A stretch of DNA of 64,000 nucleotides. Source: Myxococcota bacterium. Its GTDB lineage: Bacteria > Myxococcota_A > UBA9042 > PHBI01 > JAWLBL01. A model generated the notes under the pieces. That model did no database searches. It was given only the letters and a program-made list of their open reading frames with translations, and was not told the origin of the DNA. Shown piece after piece: positions 60,433-64,000 of this stretch (position 1 is the first letter of the stretch; every line of letters begins with the position of its first letter). A program made the position numbers and the translations under genes. The stretch covers positions 52,258-116,257 of the forward strand of contig JAWLBL010000029.1 in the NCBI GenBank assembly GCA_041687695.1, written 5' to 3'.

Positions 60433-60513
60433 GGGGTCAGGCCGTTACACATTACATATTCCAAGTGGTCACGTGCAGCTGAGACAAACTGAAATGTGAA
60501 ACGACCTGACCCC
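60433..60513 (-). repeat. 81-bp element, copy 2 (inverted)
   Basis: Reverse complement of 58183..58263 with few substitutions. Confidence 0.9.
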
Positions 60514-60655
60514 TATCATCCCTGCTCCTCGTACTCGAGTCCGAGGTCGGCCGACATCCTTCGGAGCAACTCATCTGGGCCAACGCTCGAGGTGGCGCGT
60601 TCGTCCTGAGGGGCCATTCACCCTTCGACCGGCAGCGCCGCCTTTCGCCTGAGCT

Positions 60656-61717
60656 TCAGTCCTTCACGCACCGCACGCTGGCCGCAAAGAGCTTGGAGTT
60701 CGGGATGCCCTGGAGGCCATCCCACACGTTTCCCGAGGTGTACCAGACGGCCCTGTCGACATCCTCGCCGTCCTCGGTGGCCGACCAGGTGAAGCTGTCC
60801 GTGCCTTTATGGTTGACCGAGGAAAATGCATCCCGGACACCCGCCGGGAGGAGGGAGAACCCATGGTCGTCGGTGGGGACGCCGCCCAGCTGCGCGTCGT
60901 GAGGCTCCCACTCGAACTGGTCCTGGAGCCTGCGCGCGATGGGCCAGCCGATCTCGTCGCCCTCGACGCCGTGTGCCTGCGCCACGAAGTCGGCGAGCTG
61001 GTCCCATTCCGCGCGCGAGGGCAGGTGCCAGCCCTCGGGACAGACGCCGCGGACGCCGCTCGGCACCGCATCGCTGGACGTCTCCTGGGTCGCGACGTCC
61101 CACGTGTAGTACCGACCGTGCTTCGGGTCGTCGCACGGATCCGGATCGGGATCGACGCCCAGCGCGCAGTACGAGAACGTAGCGGCGTAGTTCAGATTGT
61201 GGCTCATCCAGATCTGGGACCCGATCGTCACGAAGCCGTACTTGTTGCCGTCGCGCGCGTCGACGAACCCGCAGCGATTCGGGGTCCCCTCGAGCCCGCA
61301 CTCGCCGAAGGGGCAGCTTCCGCAGTCCACCGTGCGGCTGTCCCCGCAGTTGTCCGAGCCCGTCATCGAGCCGCACCGCGCCCGACGCGCCCTGCAGAAA
61401 GTCTCGTTGGACTCGGGCTCGCACGAGCAGGTGTGGTCTGCGCCGCAGGTCCCGGAGGGGCACGACCCGCAGTCGAGCGGCTCTCCGCACCCATCGTCCG
61501 GCGCACCGCACCAGGCCCCGAGCTCGCCGCACGTCTTCGGGATGCAGCTCTCGCCAGCGTCGTCCGTGTCCGCGTGGGGAGCGCCGGCATCCGTGTCCGC
61601 CTGGGGAGCGTCGGCAACCGTGTCGGCCTGGGGAGCGCCGGCAACGGGGGTCGAGTCGGACGGGGTGCCGCAGGCGACGAGCAGCGAGAGAAGCAGAGCG
61701 GACGGGACGCGCACCAT
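60656..61717 (-). CDS. Lipoprotein with Cys-rich repeats and a FISUMP (Fibrobacter succinogenes major paralogous) domain
   Basis: Lipobox LVAC; DARDGNKY..VTIGSQIWM..NL, GRYYTW, GVCPEGWHLPS..EW and SVRCVKD. Confidence 0.88.
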   Translation of the reverse strand: MVRVPSALLLSLLVACGTPSDSTPVAGAPQADTVADAPQADTDAGAPHADTDDAGESCIPKTCGELGAWCGAPDDGCGEPLDCGSCPSGTCGADHTCSCEPESNETFCRARRARCGSMTGSDNCGDSRTVDCGSCPFGECGLEGTPNRCGFVDARDGNKYGFVTIGSQIWMSHNLNYAATFSYCALGVDPDPDPCDDPKHGRYYTWDVATQETSSDAVPSGVRGVCPEGWHLPSRAEWDQLADFVAQAHGVEGDEIGWPIARRLQDQFEWEPHDAQLGGVPTDDHGFSLLPAGVRDAFSSVNHKGTDSFTWSATEDGEDVDRAVWYTSGNVWDGLQGIPNSKLFAASVRCVKD

Positions 61718-62080
61718 CGATGTTCTCCGGGCGCGCTCAAAGGGGCGCGCACAAGAAGCATAGGCCCCCTTTCTCCCGGCCGCGTCAAGTACCTTCCCAG
61801 CGCGGCGAGTCTGGGTGGCGCGCCCAGCGCGCGCTCTGGGACAGCCCTCGCCGCATCTCGGTGCTGCTCCGCGAAAAAATTGACAGGCGAGCACTTCGCC
61901 GCGGGCACCCCGCGTCGTGGGGCGTCGCGGGCTGGGAGTGGTTCGGCCGATGGCTCGAGCGGAAAGGCTCCACGTTGGTCGGCAGCCGCATCGACGCGGC
62001 CGCGCACCGCTGCAACTATTCGCCTCCGTGTCCTGTGGCCGTAGAGGGCCGAGGACAGGATCGCTCCTCCCGGAGCGCCA

Positions 62081-62161
62081 GGGGTCAGGCCGTTACCCAT
62101 TGCATATTCCAAGTGGCCACGTGAAGCTGAGACAAAGTGAAATATGAAACGACCTGACCCC
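62081..62161 (-). repeat. 81-bp element, copy 3 (inverted)
   Basis: Reverse complement of copy 1, with identity extending into the flanks (agcgcca / tatc). Confidence 0.9.
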
Positions 62162-62295
62162 TATCACACTGCTGGTGCCGTTCGTACATGGCGAGTCTCG
62201 TAGGTCCTGGTCCGCTCCCCCCGAGCGCGCCTCCTAAGAGGCGTAGTCACTCGACCGCCTTGGGCAACGTCGGACGTGCGCACATCCGGGGGAGC

Positions 62296-63234
62296 TCAGG
62301 GGCGCTCGAGCACGGCGTCGACGGGGCGTCGCGGTGCGGCGTCGAGGGCCTTCGCGGGGTGCCCCAGGCGCAGCACAACCTGTGGATGGTGATCGCCGAC
62401 GAGCTTGGCGAGCTGGTCGCGAAGCGGCTCGACCTGGCAGGGCTGATTGAGGTAGCCGGCCTGCACGCCGTCGGCGGCCGCCTCGAGCAGGACCCGCTCG
62501 AGCGCCTGACCGACGGCCAGCCAGTCCCTCGGCTCGTCGCCGTCGCTGCTCAGCACCAGGAGCAGGGGAGCAGAGGCCGCAAGCTGTGCGTCGCCGCGTG
62601 CGGTGCGCTCGCCGAGATCGAGAGCGCGGACGACGGCGCGAGCGACGGGCGCGGCGAGAGCCGACGTGGCCAGCCCGTCCCCCTTGCGACGGGGGCGCAG
62701 CCAACTCGCCAACTCCCGCCGCCACCGCGGGTCGTCGAACTGGCGCCGGTCTCCTTCGCCCACGAGCACCGCGAGGGCGTTGCGCGCCGCGGTTCCCAAG
62801 ATGCGAGGCGTCGGTCCCTCGCGGCGCGCCGCCGACAGAAGTCGCTCCGTCAGGTGCTCGGCGATCGGCTGCTCGGAGAACGCGTCGCGCGTGGTGTGGC
62901 GGGCCGTCAGCGCCGGCTCGAGCTCGGCCAGCTCCTCCGGCTCCCCCTCGACGAGCGACACCCGAGCGAGCAGGTCCGGGTCCTCGCTCGGGAGCAGCTC
63001 GATACGCGTGGCACGCCCCAACGCCGCCGCCGCCACGCGCAGGTTGAAGAGGGCGGCGCCGCAGCTCAGCGTCAGCTCGCGGTCGTAGGGATCGTTGACC
63101 GGCAGCGCCCTCGTGCGATCCGCGAAGAGCTCGACGGTGTCGCCGTTGGCGCGGAACCTCCAGGGTTGGGTGTTGTGGGACGAGGGTGCCAACGTCGCTG
63201 CCCGCACCAAGGCCTCGGTGGTCTCTGAAGTCAT
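62296..63234 (-). CDS. Acg-type nitroreductase-family protein
   Basis: AATLAPSSHNTQPW, LSCGAALFNL, GQALERVLL and PQVVLRLG motifs. Confidence 0.9.
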   Translation of the reverse strand: MTSETTEALVRAATLAPSSHNTQPWRFRANGDTVELFADRTRALPVNDPYDRELTLSCGAALFNLRVAAAALGRATRIELLPSEDPDLLARVSLVEGEPEELAELEPALTARHTTRDAFSEQPIAEHLTERLLSAARREGPTPRILGTAARNALAVLVGEGDRRQFDDPRWRRELASWLRPRRKGDGLATSALAAPVARAVVRALDLGERTARGDAQLAASAPLLLVLSSDGDEPRDWLAVGQALERVLLEAAADGVQAGYLNQPCQVEPLRDQLAKLVGDHHPQVVLRLGHPAKALDAAPRRPVDAVLERP

Positions 63235-63377
63235 CGCTTCTCCTCGTCCAGCATGCGGCGCGTGGCGTGTCGTGCCCGGGCGTCGCCGCACGCAGGCCAC
63301 AGCGACCGGCCGATCGTCGGTTCGGGGCTCGAGGCGAACGTAAGAGCGCGATGGCGGGCTTCAATCGGCGCGTGTGC

Positions 63378-63600
63378 CTAGCGCGCCGCGTCGATGCCCG
63401 CGTAGACCTCGGGCTGTTCCGCGGCGCCGGTGGCAGGGGCGTCGAGGTGGTGCAGCGCGCGGTGCAGGTGGTTAGCCGACGCGGTCGTACCACCGCATGC
63501 GCTCGAGCCAGCGGAGCGCGTCGTCGGGCTCGACCTCGCCGGCGGCCGTGCGCTCCATCATGGCGGGCCGGCCGGAGGTGCTCGCCCGCCATTGTCGGCG
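63378..63600 (-). pseudogene. Frameshifted C-terminal fragment resembling a Na/Pi cotransporter family protein
   Basis: MERTAAGEVEPDDALRWLERMRWYDRVG/(Y)HLHRALHHL, with one extra A near 63472; the 5' part is missing. Confidence 0.45.
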
Positions 63601-63611
63601 ACGAAAGTGCA

Positions 63612-63635
63612 GGTGCCAGGGTTCATCACTTTTCA
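63612..63635 (+). repeat. Putative left end of the RAYT element, GGTGCCAGGGTTCATCACTTTTCA
   Basis: About 100 bp upstream of the RAYT ATG; homologous to 18614..18637. Confidence 0.6.
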
Positions 63636-63737
63636 TTTTCTGGGTTGAGGCAGACGCCGCTCGGAGCCTTCGACAGCTTCAAGGCCGGCCGACATGACCG
63701 GCTTGCCCTTCCCTGCGCTCACGGGCACAGTTCTGAC

Positions 63738-63912
63738 CATGGGCCGGTCCAAGCGCATCGACTATCCGGGAGCCTGGCACCACGTGATGAACCGTGGCGC
63801 GCGCCGCGCTGCCGTCTTTGCCCGGCCAACCGACTGCGATCTGTTCCTCGAGGTGCTGAGCGAGGTTGTCGAGCGGTTCCAACTCCAAGTCCACGCCTAC
63901 TCGGTGATCTAG
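63738..63912 (+). pseudogene. Truncated Y1/RAYT-like (REP-associated tyrosine) transposase
   Basis: MGRSKRIDYPGAWHHVMNRGARRAAVF...FL..L......F...VHAY ends at TAG just before the expected NHxH; upstream TTGCCC-N17-CACAGT. Confidence 0.85.
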
Positions 63913-64000
63913 AGGTCATGATGAGTTATTTCGCCACAGGCCTGAAATCATTGCGTTTCGATGAGTGCACGGAACGAAATGGGGGGCTCACGACGGGTCC

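Noticed and set aside
60516..60620. Possible gene tail (GPDELLRRMSADLGLEYEEQG*) abutting 81-bp copy 2
   Set aside because: Too short to assign without a search.
58183..62161. Tn3-family transposon ends (GGGG start)
   Set aside because: No 38-bp inverted repeat, 5-bp duplication, TnpA or resolvase; the nearby transposase relics are Y1 type. Not fully excluded.
52218..63912. Classical integron
   Set aside because: No tyrosine integrase is present, and the separators lack the RYYYAAC/GTTRRRY attC layout.

Overview
A very GC-rich bacterial window with many Cys-rich secreted proteins and lipoproteins, typical of Myxococcota or other deltaproteobacteria (inference). Housekeeping blocks are a pncB-nadE-pncA NAD salvage operon, a pssA-like gene, an ArsR-SRPBCC-DoxX-UvrA2 operon, a PhnA/YjdM gene, dusA, an RRM protein, an 11-heme cytochrome c and a 2876-aa surface protein. 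Two accessory zones stand out. (1) 11.7-19.4 kb is rich in toxin-antitoxin pairs and contains a duplicated lipoprotein, duplicated promoters and gene-end relics. (2) 46.4-64 kb holds an AAA-ATPase pair between direct repeats, head-to-head tandem arrays and an IS91-like HUH transposase. It then continues as an array of unrelated, partly low-GC cargo genes, each separated by palindromic GGGG(C/T)CA(C/G)GTC-ended elements. These elements include two 510-bp units encoding a catalytically deleted Y1 (RAYT-like) transposase, and the array ends at a truncated RAYT-like gene. This apparent HUH/RAYT-associated gene-cassette array is the most interesting candidate system. No rRNA, tRNA, CRISPR array or integron integrase was recognised. 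All family calls come from motif recognition, not database searches.
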